From positions 16,961 through 80,960 of the forward strand of contig DATJJE010000005.1 of the NCBI GenBank assembly GCA_035492455.1: a DNA stretch of 64,000 nucleotides. Direction: 5' to 3'. This stretch comes from Vicinamibacterales bacterium (GTDB lineage Bacteria > Acidobacteriota > Vicinamibacteria > Vicinamibacterales > UBA2999). Below the pieces are notes generated by a model. That model was not told the DNA's origin. It ran no database searches and worked only from the letters and a program-made list of their open reading frames with translations. This document shows, one piece after another, positions 17,256-26,391 of the stretch. Numbering within the stretch: position 1 is the stretch's first letter; every line of letters begins with the position of its first letter. A program made the translations under genes and the position numbers.

Positions 17256-20200
17256 GTGGCGCGTAGCGACGTGCTCCAACTCTTCCATCCGGCCGTACGG
17301 CAGTGGTTCGCCGGCGCGTTCGCCGCGCCGACGCGTCCACAGCAGCTTGGATGGCCGGCGATCGCCCGCGGCGAGTCGACACTCATCCTCGCACCGACCG
17401 GCAGCGGCAAGACGCTCGCAGCGTTCCTCTGGTGCCTCAACCGGCTCATGTTCGAGCCCGCGCCGCCGCCGAAGCAGCGATGCCGGGTGCTGTATGTCTC
17501 GCCGCTGAAGGCGCTCGCCGTCGACGTGGAGCGAAATCTGCGTGCGCCGCTCGCCGGCATTGCCAACATCGCGCGCGAAAGTGGCACCGCGATCAACGCT
17601 CCGGAGATCGCGATCCGCACCGGCGACACCTCCTCGATCGAGCGGGCGAGGTTCGGGCGGGAGGCCGCCGACATCCTGATCACGACGCCGGAATCGTTGT
17701 TCCTGCTGCTGACATCGAACGCACGCGAACGCCTGATGTCGGTGGACACGGTCATCATCGACGAGATTCACGCCTTGGTGCCCGGCAAGCGCGGCGCGCA
17801 TCTCATGCTGTCGTTGGAACGGTTGGAGGAGATCCGACGTGGAGGGGCGGATCTGCAGACCCGCCCAGACCCCCTTCAGCGCATCGGCCTCTCCGCCACC
17901 CAACGGCCGCTCGACGAAGTCGCGCGCTTCCTCGGCGGTGCCGAGCCGCGCATCCCAAAAAAGACGCGCGCCGCAACGAAGACGCGCTCCCGCACGCGTG
18001 ACGCGCAGCCGGTAGAGGAAATCGAGAGTGAGCTGCATGACGAGTTTGCGGCGGACGAGAAGGCTCCCACCTACCGCCAGGTCACTATCGTCAATGCCTC
18101 GGAGCGGAAACAGCTGAAGCTGCGCATCGAGGTGCCGGTCGAAGACATGGCGCGGCTGGCAAAGACGAACGAGATTCCCAGCGGGCCGGTGGGCGGCGCC
18201 AATCCGCGCGCATCGATCTGGAGCTCGATTCATCCACGGCTGCTCGAGCTGATTCACGCGCACCGGTCGACGCTCATCTTCGTCAACAGCCGCCGTCTCG
18301 CCGAGCGGCTGGCGGGCGCGTTGAACGAGCTGGCCGGCGAACCTCTCGTCCGCTCGCATCACGGCTCGCTCGCGCGTGCGGCGCGCAGCGAGGTCGAAGA
18401 TCTGCTCAAGGCCGGCCGCATCAAAGCGCTCGTCGCCACCTCCTCGCTCGAGCTCGGCATCGATATGGGCGCCATCGATCTCGTCATCCAGATCGAAGCG
18501 CCGCCGTCGGTGGCGAGCGGGCTGCAGCGGATCGGGCGTTCCGGCCATCAAGCCGGCGCCATCAGCGAAGGTATCGTCTTCCCGAAGTTCAGGGGCGATC
18601 TCGTCGCGTGCGCCGCTGTCTCGCGAGCGATGCATGAGGGGCTGGTCGAGTCCACGCGCTACCCGCGAAATCCGCTGGACGTGCTCGCCCAGCAGATCGT
18701 CGCGATGGCCGGTATGGACCCGTGGGACGTCTCCATGCTCTTCGCGCGCATCCGATGCGCGGCGCCCTACGCCGACCTCAGTCTTCGCATGTTCGAGGGC
18801 GTGCTCGACATGCTGTCCGGCCGCTATCCGTCGGACGAGTTCGCGGAACTGCGCCCGCGTGTCACGTGGGATCGCGTGCATGGCACGATCGCCGGCCGTG
18901 AAGGCGCCAAGCGGGTCGCGATTGCCAACGCCGGCACGATTCCTGACCGCGGCTTGTACGGCGTGTTTCTCGCCGGCGCCGACCGACCTGTGCGAGTCGG
19001 CGAACTCGACGAGGAGATGGTGTTCGAAAGCCAGGTCGGCGAGACGTTCACGCTCGGCGCATCGACGTGGCGCATCGAGGAGATCACGCACGATCGCGTG
19101 CTCGTCTCGCCGGCACCCGGCGAACCGGGCAAAATGCCGTTCTGGCACGGCGACCGCGAAGGCCGCCCGATCGAGCTGGGATACGCAATCGGCAAACTCG
19201 TTCGCGATCTGCGCGGTTCGTCGCGCCCCGCCGCGGTCGAGCGCCTCGTCAAACAGCACGATCTAGACAGCGTCGCCGCCGAGAACCTCCTCCGCTACCT
19301 GGACGATCAGGCGGCCTCGGGTGCCATCCCGGACGACCGCACTATCGTGATCGAGCGCTGCCTCGACGAACTCGGCGATTGGCGCGTCTGCCTCCTGTCG
19401 CCGTTCGGGAGCCGCATCCACGCGCCGTGGGCTATGGCGGCGACCGCCCACATCCGCAACCGCACCGGCATGGACGTCGAAGTGATGTGGGGCGACGAGG
19501 GCTTCGTCGCGCGGTTTCCGGAAGTCGAGAATCCACCGGACCCGATGCTGTTAATCCCGGACGTCGACGAGGTCGAGGCGCTGGTGCTCCGGCAGTTAGG
19601 ATCCACATCGCTCTTCGCGGCGCGCTTCAGAGAAACCGCCGCGCGTGCGCTGCTGCTGCCACGCCGCCGCCCGGGCATGCGCACGCCTCTCTGGCAACAA
19701 CGCAAGCGCGCGTCGGATCTGCTGGCCGTGGCCTCGCGATTCGGCTCGTTTCCGGCGCTGCTGGAAACCTACCGCGAGGTGCTGCGCGATCACTTCGACA
19801 TGCCCGCACTGGTGGAGACGCTGAAGAAGATCGGCACGCGCACGCTGCGCGTCGCCACGATCGATTCACGAGTGCCGTCGCCATTCGCCGCCTCGCTCCT
19901 TTTCAGCTACGTCGCGAACTACATCTACGACGGCGATGCGCCGCTGGCGGAGCGGCGCGCGCAGGCGTTGTCGGTCGATCAGGCGCAGCTGCGCGAGCTG
20001 CTCGGCGACGCGGAGCTGAGGGAACTGCTCGATGCCGAGGCGATAGTCGCCCTCGAGCGGCAGCTGCAGCACCTCGATGACAAATACAAAGTGCGAAGCA
20101 AAGACGGTCTGCACGACCTGTTGCTGCGGCTGGGCGACCTCGACCTCGACGAACTGTCCGACCGCACACTGATTGCGGACGCCGCCAGGACGATCCACGA

Positions 20201-22274
20201 ACTGGAAGACGAGCGTCGTGTGGTGTCGCTGCCGATGGCGGGCATGCGTCGTTATGTCGCCGTCGAAGACGTCGCACGCTATCGCGACGCACTCGGCGTT
20301 CCCCTTCCGCCCGGACTGCCGGAGTCGCTGCTCGAGCCGGTTCGCGATCCAGCCGGCGATCTGGCGCTGCGCTACGCGCGATCGCACGGACCGTTCACGG
20401 CAGGCGAGCTGGCCGCGCGTTATGGCCTCGGCATCGGCGTCGCAACGGCGCTGCTCCTGCAGCTCACAGCGGCAGGCAAACTAATCGAAGGCGAGTTCAG
20501 ACCGGGGGGCACCGAACGCGAGTGGATTGACCAGGACGTCCTCCGCAGCCTGCGTCGGCGATCGCTTGCGCGTCTTCGCCACGAGATCGAACCCGTCGAC
20601 GCGGAAGCGCTCGCACGGTTTCTCGCGTCATGGCACGGTGTTGGGTCCGGCCGCGTCGGACTCGAAGCGCTGCTCGATGCCGTCGAGCAGTTGCAAGGAG
20701 CGCCGGTCCCCGCGTCTGTTCTGGAACGCGAGATTCTGCCGGCGCGCGTGAACGATTACATGCCGGCGATGCTCGACACGTTGATGAGTGCGGGCGAAGT
20801 CGTATGGGTCGGCATCGAGCCGCTCGGTGAGCGGGACGGGCGCGTTGCGCTGTATCTGACAGATCAGATGCCGCGTCTGCGCGCGCCCTTTGGCCCACAA
20901 TCCGAAGTCGATGGACGTGCGGCGGAGGTGCTCGAGTATCTGCGCGAGCACGGCGCCTCCTTCTTCGCTGCCATTCATGAGGGGACGGGTGGCGGCTTCC
21001 CCGCCGAAACGGTCGACGCACTCTGGAGCCTCGTGTGGAATGGGCTGGTGACGAACGACACCATGCAGCCGCTTCGTGCATATGCGCGGACCGAAGACAC
21101 ACGCGCGTCCAAGCGCGTGCGCGGCGCGCCGTTCAGATCGCGGCGCATCGTCCCGCCGCGGGCAGAAGGACGGTGGTCGGCCGTCGCGCTGGCCCGCGGA
21201 AGGAAATCTTCGGCAACGGAATGGGCCACCGCGATGGCGCAGCAGCTGCTCGCGCGGCACGGCATCGTCACACGTGAGACTGTTGCTGCCGAATCGGTCA
21301 AGGGCGGGTTCTCCGCCATATATCAAGTGCTCAAAGCGATGGAGGACGCGGGCCGCATCAGGCGCGGCTACTTCGTCGCGGGACTCGGAGCGGCGCAGTT
21401 CGCCATGCCGGCTGCGCTCGATCTCCTGCGCTCGATGCGCGATGTCTCAGAGGAGCCGCGAACAGTTGTGATGGCCGCAACCGATCCTGCGAATCCCTAT
21501 GGCGCAATTACGAAATGGCCCGACACTGACGCTGCTGCACAGAGGCTTGTCGCGAGCGAGCACAGCGAGTCGAGGAGCAGAGGACCTACGCGGGCCGCCG
21601 GTGCGCTTGTCATCCTCGTCGATGGGCATGCGGCTGCGTACCTCCGTCGCGGCGAACGCGAGCTCCTCCTGTTCCTTCCAGAGGCTGAACCGCTGCGCTC
21701 GCGCATCGGCCGCCAGGTTGCGCGGATGCTTCTCCACCTCGCGGCGACGCGTCAGGGGCGGCGCGGCATGCTCATCGCGGAAATCAACGGCACACAGGCG
21801 ACGACGCATCCCGCGGCGCGTCTGTTTATCGAAGAGGGTTTCGCCGCGACGGGAATGGGTATTCAGGCCCGCACCGACAAGCTGCGACCTCGTGGATACG
21901 GTTCGGCCGATCTGAAAGGTGTCGCCGTCCAGGACACTGGCATCGGCATTGCGGCGGCCACGGGTGGAGGTGGATCCATGGCTGAGTCCCGCACGTCATC
22001 CAGCACGTTCGAGCACACGCGCCCGCGCGCCAACGAGGACAGCGAGGTGGAGCACGACCGCGTCCGCTCCTCGAACGATCAGGATCAGGAGTTGGAGCGC
22101 GAGGGAGTGGAGTCGAGCCGCAACCGCGGCTACGACGAGGCCGTGCGCGGTGGTCAGGAAGCCGTCAGGCGAGGCGACGTCGCACGCGAAGACCTCGGCG
22201 ACGTCGACGACCGCGATCTCGATCCCGACAGCGCCTTCTCAGACGTCGACCGTGATGACACCGTAGACGAATAG
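17256..22274 (+). CDS. lhr: Lhr-type large ATP-dependent DEAH helicase with acidic C-terminal tail
   Basis: 1672 aa with a GTG start. Motifs: LILAPTGSGKTLAAF (motif I), IIDEIHAL (DEAH), GLSATQRP, HHGSLAR, QRIGRSGH. The length fits Lhr plus a tail of about 135 aa rich in Asp/Glu/Arg. Confidence 0.92.
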   Translation: MARSDVLQLFHPAVRQWFAGAFAAPTRPQQLGWPAIARGESTLILAPTGSGKTLAAFLWCLNRLMFEPAPPPKQRCRVLYVSPLKALAVDVERNLRAPLAGIANIARESGTAINAPEIAIRTGDTSSIERARFGREAADILITTPESLFLLLTSNARERLMSVDTVIIDEIHALVPGKRGAHLMLSLERLEEIRRGGADLQTRPDPLQRIGLSATQRPLDEVARFLGGAEPRIPKKTRAATKTRSRTRDAQPVEEIESELHDEFAADEKAPTYRQVTIVNASERKQLKLRIEVPVEDMARLAKTNEIPSGPVGGANPRASIWSSIHPRLLELIHAHRSTLIFVNSRRLAERLAGALNELAGEPLVRSHHGSLARAARSEVEDLLKAGRIKALVATSSLELGIDMGAIDLVIQIEAPPSVASGLQRIGRSGHQAGAISEGIVFPKFRGDLVACAAVSRAMHEGLVESTRYPRNPLDVLAQQIVAMAGMDPWDVSMLFARIRCAAPYADLSLRMFEGVLDMLSGRYPSDEFAELRPRVTWDRVHGTIAGREGAKRVAIANAGTIPDRGLYGVFLAGADRPVRVGELDEEMVFESQVGETFTLGASTWRIEEITHDRVLVSPAPGEPGKMPFWHGDREGRPIELGYAIGKLVRDLRGSSRPAAVERLVKQHDLDSVAAENLLRYLDDQAASGAIPDDRTIVIERCLDELGDWRVCLLSPFGSRIHAPWAMAATAHIRNRTGMDVEVMWGDEGFVARFPEVENPPDPMLLIPDVDEVEALVLRQLGSTSLFAARFRETAARALLLPRRRPGMRTPLWQQRKRASDLLAVASRFGSFPALLETYREVLRDHFDMPALVETLKKIGTRTLRVATIDSRVPSPFAASLLFSYVANYIYDGDAPLAERRAQALSVDQAQLRELLGDAELRELLDAEAIVALERQLQHLDDKYKVRSKDGLHDLLLRLGDLDLDELSDRTLIADAARTIHELEDERRVVSLPMAGMRRYVAVEDVARYRDALGVPLPPGLPESLLEPVRDPAGDLALRYARSHGPFTAGELAARYGLGIGVATALLLQLTAAGKLIEGEFRPGGTEREWIDQDVLRSLRRRSLARLRHEIEPVDAEALARFLASWHGVGSGRVGLEALLDAVEQLQGAPVPASVLEREILPARVNDYMPAMLDTLMSAGEVVWVGIEPLGERDGRVALYLTDQMPRLRAPFGPQSEVDGRAAEVLEYLREHGASFFAAIHEGTGGGFPAETVDALWSLVWNGLVTNDTMQPLRAYARTEDTRASKRVRGAPFRSRRIVPPRAEGRWSAVALARGRKSSATEWATAMAQQLLARHGIVTRETVAAESVKGGFSAIYQVLKAMEDAGRIRRGYFVAGLGAAQFAMPAALDLLRSMRDVSEEPRTVVMAATDPANPYGAITKWPDTDAAAQRLVASEHSESRSRGPTRAAGALVILVDGHAAAYLRRGERELLLFLPEAEPLRSRIGRQVARMLLHLAATRQGRRGMLIAEINGTQATTHPAARLFIEEGFAATGMGIQARTDKLRPRGYGSADLKGVAVQDTGIGIAAATGGGGSMAESRTSSSTFEHTRPRANEDSEVEHDRVRSSNDQDQELEREGVESSRNRGYDEAVRGGQEAVRRGDVAREDLGDVDDRDLDPDSAFSDVDRDDTVDE

Positions 22275-23065
22275 TGCCCGAGGGCGACACTATCTTCCGT
22301 GCGGCACGCACGCTCAACGCAGCGCTGGCGGGCCGCACGGTCACCCGCTTTGAATCCGTTTTCGCACACGTGGCGCGCGTTAACGACGGGGCGCCACTCA
22401 GCGGGCGGAGCATCGAACGCGTGGAAGCGCGTGGCAAGCACCTGCTCATCTGGTTCTCCGGCGATCTCGTCCTGCGCACGCACATGCGGATGCACGGGTC
22501 GTGGCACCTGTATCGCCCGGGTGAGCGGTGGCAGCGGTCGCGCGCCGACATGCGTATCGTGATCGGAACGCCCGAGTACGAAGCGGTCGCTTTCAGCGTG
22601 CCGGTCGCGGCGCTGACGACGCGTCGCGAGCTCGAACGTGCGGCGGCGGTGCGAGAACTCGGACCAGACATCCTGTCACCCGGCTTTGATGCTGATGCAG
22701 TCGTGGAACGGATGCAGCAAATGCCAGATGTCGAAGTCGCGGACGCGCTCCTGGATCAAACCGTGGTCGCGGGAATCGGCAATATCTTCAAGTCGGAGTC
22801 GCTCTTCGCCTCGCGCGTCGATCCGTTTGCGCGTGTCGGTAAGCTCGCACGCGGCGACCTCGTCCGCGTCGTTGAAGCCGCGCATCGGCTGATGCAGGCG
22901 AGCGCCACCGGCCGGCCTGCAGCCGGATTCGCGGTGTACGGTCGCAGCGGCCGTCCGTGCCGCCGCTGCGGCACACTGATCTCGCGACGCAAGCAAGGGG
23001 AGCACGCGCGCATTACGTATTGGTGCGACCGATGCCAGCGTCGAATGCCCGCACCCGCCGGATGA
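22274..23065 (+). CDS. nei: Fpg/Nei-family DNA glycosylase (endonuclease VIII-like)
   Basis: N-terminal MPEGDT (catalytic Pro2/Glu3), an H2TH region (AGIGNIFKSESLF) and a C-terminal zinc finger (CRRCGTLI...YWCDRCQ). The GTG start overlaps the lhr TAG as TAGTG. Confidence 0.9.
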   Translation: MPEGDTIFRAARTLNAALAGRTVTRFESVFAHVARVNDGAPLSGRSIERVEARGKHLLIWFSGDLVLRTHMRMHGSWHLYRPGERWQRSRADMRIVIGTPEYEAVAFSVPVAALTTRRELERAAAVRELGPDILSPGFDADAVVERMQQMPDVEVADALLDQTVVAGIGNIFKSESLFASRVDPFARVGKLARGDLVRVVEAAHRLMQASATGRPAAGFAVYGRSGRPCRRCGTLISRRKQGEHARITYWCDRCQRRMPAPAG

Positions 23066-23555
23066 AATCGGCACGCGCAGCCGGATCGTCGAGCGCTTCT
23101 TCGTCGATCATCGGAAGTCCTGGGATGGCCGTGGCGAGCTGCTCCGCAAACAGGCCGCGCCCGTTTGGCGTCGGACTCGCATCGTCGTAATGCACGAGCA
23201 CGCCGGTGGGACCGCAGCTCGGTGACCGCGCCTTCAGCACAAATCCGCTGACGCGTTCGGCGGCCAGAGCGGCGACACGATCGCGCGCCCAGCGATCCAT
23301 CCGTCCGGTCCAGTCTTCTCTCGAATCCACGCCCTGCAGGCGTACGCGTTCGCGCTCCGACGCCACGGCGTGGATGGTCGCCACCAGCTGAATCGGCTCG
23401 CGCGGCACACCCATCCCGACTTCAACTTCAGGACAAACCGGTAGCCATTCGACGTCCTCACCGAGCGCAATCACCGCGTTGCTGCGCTTGTTCGTCCCGT
23501 CGTAGCGCACATCATCGCCGAGCAGGCAGCGTGAGATACCTACGCGTGGCTTCAC
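23013..23555 (-). CDS. DUF523 (YbbK/TudS-like) protein
   Basis: MKPRVGISRCLLGDDVRYDGTNKRS...PVCPEVEVGMGVPREP...SPSCG. The GTG start overlaps the gvpK TGA as GTGA. Confidence 0.8.
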   Translation of the reverse strand: MKPRVGISRCLLGDDVRYDGTNKRSNAVIALGEDVEWLPVCPEVEVGMGVPREPIQLVATIHAVASERERVRLQGVDSREDWTGRMDRWARDRVAALAAERVSGFVLKARSPSCGPTGVLVHYDDASPTPNGRGLFAEQLATAIPGLPMIDEEALDDPAARADFIRRVRAFDAGIGRTNT

Positions 23556-23971
23556 ATCAATTTTCCGACGGGACCGAGATCGAGATTGAGGTCTTCCGGG
23601 AGAATGCCGAATTTCGCCGCGATGTCGACGACAGTCTCTTCGAGCTTCATCAGCGCGCGGCCGATTTCCTCGATCTGCTGGCTGGTGAGCGTGCCAGCCT
23701 CCATGCGGCGAATCGCCTGTCGCTCCAGCAGCTGGCGGATGAATTCAACGAGAGTCAACACCAATTGAGCCACCGATCTCTGCACGTCGTCAGCATTCGC
23801 ATTCCATCTCAGCGGAGACGACGCCGAGCGGCTGGCGCGTTCGAGCTCGCGGCGGAGATCGTCGAGTTTGCCGACCTCGCTGATGGTGAGGGCGCCGCGG
23901 CGTGCGACGACCTTCTTACCGCGTGTCGTCCGTGGCGCGGACCGCCTGCTTCTACGAGCTTTCTTTGCCAT
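23552..23971 (-). CDS. gvpK: Gas vesicle protein K
   Basis: LVLTLVEFIRQLLERQAIRRMEAGTLTSQQIEEIGRALMKLEETV...DLNLDLGPVGKLM is the typical GvpK core. It has a basic N-terminal tail. Confidence 0.9.
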   Translation of the reverse strand: MAKKARRSRRSAPRTTRGKKVVARRGALTISEVGKLDDLRRELERASRSASSPLRWNANADDVQRSVAQLVLTLVEFIRQLLERQAIRRMEAGTLTSQQIEEIGRALMKLEETVVDIAAKFGILPEDLNLDLGPVGKLM

Positions 23972-24664
23972 TCACCACGTATCCGCGAATGCGTACGGTG
24001 GCCAGGGTCCCGTCACGACCAGACGCAGGGCCTGTTCGTCTGCGGCACGCTCCACGATGTCGCGGTATCTCTCGGCCGCGCCGCGCGGGACGAGATGGTT
24101 GATCGTTACGACACCGCCGCGCTTCTCAACCCGCTCGTCCTTGACGTAGGTGCGGATGGCCGGACGGATACGGTCGAATGCGGGCACCGCGCGCGCCGCT
24201 GCAGCATCTGCCACCTTTTGCCGCAAATACTGCGTACCTTGAGTCGCCCCGTACCCGAGTCGGAGTCGCGTACGACTCGTCACCGTACTCTGACTCGGGA
24301 ACGCGGCATCACCCGACTCTGACTCGAGAAGGCGGACGGTCATCTGGGCGCGGCCGCGAACGGTGGTAAGCCGGTGACGGAGGGCGGCGCGGCGCGATCG
24401 GATGACGACCGTGAGCTCGTCGGTGTCGGCGACAGTCGTCGCGTACCTCGCAGGCAGAGTCGCGGACGTCTTTGCCGCAATCGCTTCCACAGCCGCGGCA
24501 TACCGCCGCAGATTCCTGACGCTCGGCGCAGGCGCGCGCCGCAGTTCGCCCACGATGGCGCCGATGCGATCAATCGTGATCACCTTGAGACGCTCCCCTC
24601 CGACGCCGGGAAGATTCAGATGTGCCGGCGGCGGGCTGACGAGCGCATAGACGCAGAGAATCAC
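23972..24664 (-). CDS. gvpL: Gas vesicle protein GvpL/GvpF family
   Basis: 230 aa. N-terminus ILCVYALV..., C-terminus VVTGPWPPYAFAD (GvpF/L signature). It abuts gvpK and overlaps gvpJ by 4 nt. Confidence 0.85.
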   Translation of the reverse strand: MILCVYALVSPPPAHLNLPGVGGERLKVITIDRIGAIVGELRRAPAPSVRNLRRYAAAVEAIAAKTSATLPARYATTVADTDELTVVIRSRRAALRHRLTTVRGRAQMTVRLLESESGDAAFPSQSTVTSRTRLRLGYGATQGTQYLRQKVADAAAARAVPAFDRIRPAIRTYVKDERVEKRGGVVTINHLVPRGAAERYRDIVERAADEQALRLVVTGPWPPYAFADTW

Positions 24665-24984
24665 GCCCGCGTCCGGCGCGGCATTCGCGCCGCCAGCGCT
24701 CGACGTTTGCGCAGCTCATGACGCGCATGATGCCGCTCGATGAAATCCGGATTCTCGCCCGGCAGCACGCGATCCGCAGCGGAGAGCAGCAGCGACAGCC
24801 GGGCATAAACGAGCTCGATCTGCGCCAGGCCAAGAGTTAAATCTCCAGTGAGCACCACGCCTTTGTTCAACAGGTTGTCGACGATGTCGAGCAGCGAGGC
24901 GTCCTCGGTACCGAGGATCTCCTCTGCTTCGGTCGGACGGTGTGGCCGCGGTTGTTTTGGCGGAACTCGCCTCGGCGGAATCAT
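24661..24984 (-). CDS. gvpJ: Gas vesicle protein GvpJ (GvpA/J/M family)
   Basis: SLLDIVDNLLNKGVVLTGDLTLGLAQIELVYARLSLLLSAAD. The ATG at 24984 forms an ATGA overlap with the upstream gvpF/L stop. The alternative start at 25008 is less likely. Confidence 0.85.
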   Translation of the reverse strand: MIPPRRVPPKQPRPHRPTEAEEILGTEDASLLDIVDNLLNKGVVLTGDLTLGLAQIELVYARLSLLLSAADRVLPGENPDFIERHHARHELRKRRALAARMPRRTRA

Positions 24985-25766
24985 TGGATGAAGTTGTACG
25001 CCGGCCATGGACCGGTGAGCGATACGTCGACGCCGGAACCGCGCAGCTCACGCGTGCGCTGACGAATGGCGGATTTAAACGCTCCGCTCTTCGCAATGGC
25101 CACGAGAAACGCCGCGTCAAGCAGCAGGCGCGAGCCTGGTGCTGCGCGCTCGAGGCTGGTGCGACGCCGCGATGCGGCCGCCTGTTTCCCCATCACTTTG
25201 TACAACCGATCGGCAATCTTGCGCGCTTCCGCCAGCCGAGTGCGATTCACATCCAGGATGTCGCGCTTGCGAGCGAGGTAGGCAGCGCCGGATCGCGGGC
25301 TTGTAACGCCCGCGCTGCCGGCTGCTCGCTTTGTGGCTGTGCGTCGCGCACCGTTCGGGTCCGCGAACGTCAGCCTCAATCCGAACTCGACCTTCTTCTC
25401 GATCCGCTTGACGATGCGGTTGATCCGCGTGCGATCTGCTCGCACGTGCTCGACGACGCGCGCATCAGACGTGAAGAGTGTGAACAACTGCATGGGCAGA
25501 AGTGCCGGCAACGAGAGAAATGCTTCGATGACGCGCTCGTGGGCGATGGCGCGTGGACCCACCCAATCGAAATTCTGCAGCCCGCCTGCCAGCGCCTCCT
25601 CGCCGTACTCAGATGCGCGAACGCTCTGCACGACGGCCCAGAGTCCCTGATCCACGTCGACGGCACGCAAATCGCTGCCGCCCGGCATGCCGTCGGTGAT
25701 TCCGCGCAGGCTCGGAGGTCTCGTGCTCCTGACCAGACAGAAGACGTAGCTGAGCGCTCCGCTCAC
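24981..25766 (-). CDS. Gas vesicle protein GvpF/GvpL family (second paralogue)
   Basis: 261 aa: SYVFCLVRS..., AHERVIEAF, C-terminal LTGPWPAYNFIQ. Confidence 0.85.
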   Translation of the reverse strand: MSGALSYVFCLVRSTRPPSLRGITDGMPGGSDLRAVDVDQGLWAVVQSVRASEYGEEALAGGLQNFDWVGPRAIAHERVIEAFLSLPALLPMQLFTLFTSDARVVEHVRADRTRINRIVKRIEKKVEFGLRLTFADPNGARRTATKRAAGSAGVTSPRSGAAYLARKRDILDVNRTRLAEARKIADRLYKVMGKQAAASRRRTSLERAAPGSRLLLDAAFLVAIAKSGAFKSAIRQRTRELRGSGVDVSLTGPWPAYNFIQ

Positions 25767-25767
25767 G

Positions 25768-26328
25768 TCAGCGGATCTTACCCGCCTTCGCTCGCGTGGC
25801 CTTGCGACGCGAGCTTCGGCGCGGCTTCGGCGTAATCTTTCTCGTTCGTGTGGTTGTGGTGGGAAGCGGTAAGGCGGTTTCCTCGAGCGTCTCGGCGCTG
25901 GTGGGCTCGATGTCGATCACCTGCTCGGTCTGGCCGTGCGCGGTGCCGACGATACCGGGATGCGATTCGGGGCGTTCGACGATCGTGGTATGCGGCGCCT
26001 GTGCGGGCTCGTAGAAATCGCCCGATACGCTCGCCTCGATCTGGAAACGGCTGTCTTCGTCGGCTTCGAGCGGCTGGCCAGCGCCGAACTCGAGCGCGCC
26101 GGAACCGCCTTCGCGGCGCTGCTTGATTTCGCGGATGCGCGCCAGCAGATCCCGTTCGATCTCGCGGAACTCGTCGTCGCTGATCTCGCCCATTTCGCGC
26201 TGCATCTCCGCGGCGAGCAGCTGCTCGCGCAGCGCCGTATCGTCGTTCATCTCGGCTTCCGCCGCGGTGACGACAGTCTTCAACGCCCATGAGATGCCTT
26301 TGATCATGAGCGAGTCCAAAAGAAACAT
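25768..26328 (-). CDS. gvpG: Gas vesicle protein G
   Basis: MFLLDSLMIKGISWALKTVVTAAEAEMNDDTALREQLLAAEMQREMGEISDDEFREIERDLLARIREIK. The track N-terminus (MEFGSWSLEL) is translation of the heptamer repeat, so the start is set at 26328. Confidence 0.85.
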   Translation of the reverse strand: MFLLDSLMIKGISWALKTVVTAAEAEMNDDTALREQLLAAEMQREMGEISDDEFREIERDLLARIREIKQRREGGSGALEFGAGQPLEADEDSRFQIEASVSGDFYEPAQAPHTTIVERPESHPGIVGTAHGQTEQVIDIEPTSAETLEETALPLPTTTTRTRKITPKPRRSSRRKATRAKAGKIR

Positions 26329-26391
26329 AAGTTCCAAGCTCCAGGATCCAAATTCCAAACGTTTTTGAGCTTGGGACTTGGATCTTGGATC
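26329..26391. repeat. Heptamer-periodic inverted repeat filling the whole gvpF-gvpG intergenic gap
   Basis: TTCCAAG CTCCAGG ATCCAAA TTCCAAA (26332-26359), CGTTTTTGAG, then CTTGGGA CTTGGAT CTTGGAT (26370-26390). It uses the same unit as the 37784-37900 element. Confidence 0.85.

Noticed and set aside
17181-19259. Very long antisense ORFs in the track. Examples: 692 aa at 17181-19259 (-), 514 aa at 6249-7793 (+), 340 aa at 375-1397 (+), 581 aa at 35908-37653 (-), 430 aa at 57049-58341 (-), 445 aa at 60734-62071 (-), and the upstream part of 2404-4026 (-).
   Set aside because: All are Arg/Ala/Gly/His-rich with no recognisable motifs. Each lies opposite or out of frame to ORFs with unmistakable family signatures (Lhr, NuoL, PurH, Cls, sugar dehydrogenase, M1 peptidase, NuoN). 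Long stop-free alternative frames are expected in GC-rich DNA.
21870-22274. A separate small acidic-protein gene (starting MAESRTSSS...) between lhr and nei.
   Set aside because: It lies in the same frame as lhr with no intervening stop, and no SD is evident before the internal ATG. It is treated as a C-terminal tail of Lhr unless sequencing shows a missed stop.
24245-24330. GAGTCG/GACTCG hexamer repeats and short palindromes inside gvpL.
   Set aside because: The period is 6 nt, which is in frame. The repeats encode low-complexity linker peptides (LLESESG, TRLRLGYG) between the two halves of GvpL. I see no evidence they form a separate element.
26329-26358. N-terminal extensions of track ORFs: MEFGSWSLEL on GvpG, MIGDSWVNHQSLTANHESL on the 58955 oxidoreductase, and FQIPSSKVQDPSSK-type ORFs at 37212-37904 and 37743-37931.
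   Set aside because: These peptides are simply translations of the heptamer repeats. Canonical family N-termini (MFLLD..., MTIRVMHVGLGPIG...) begin right after the element.
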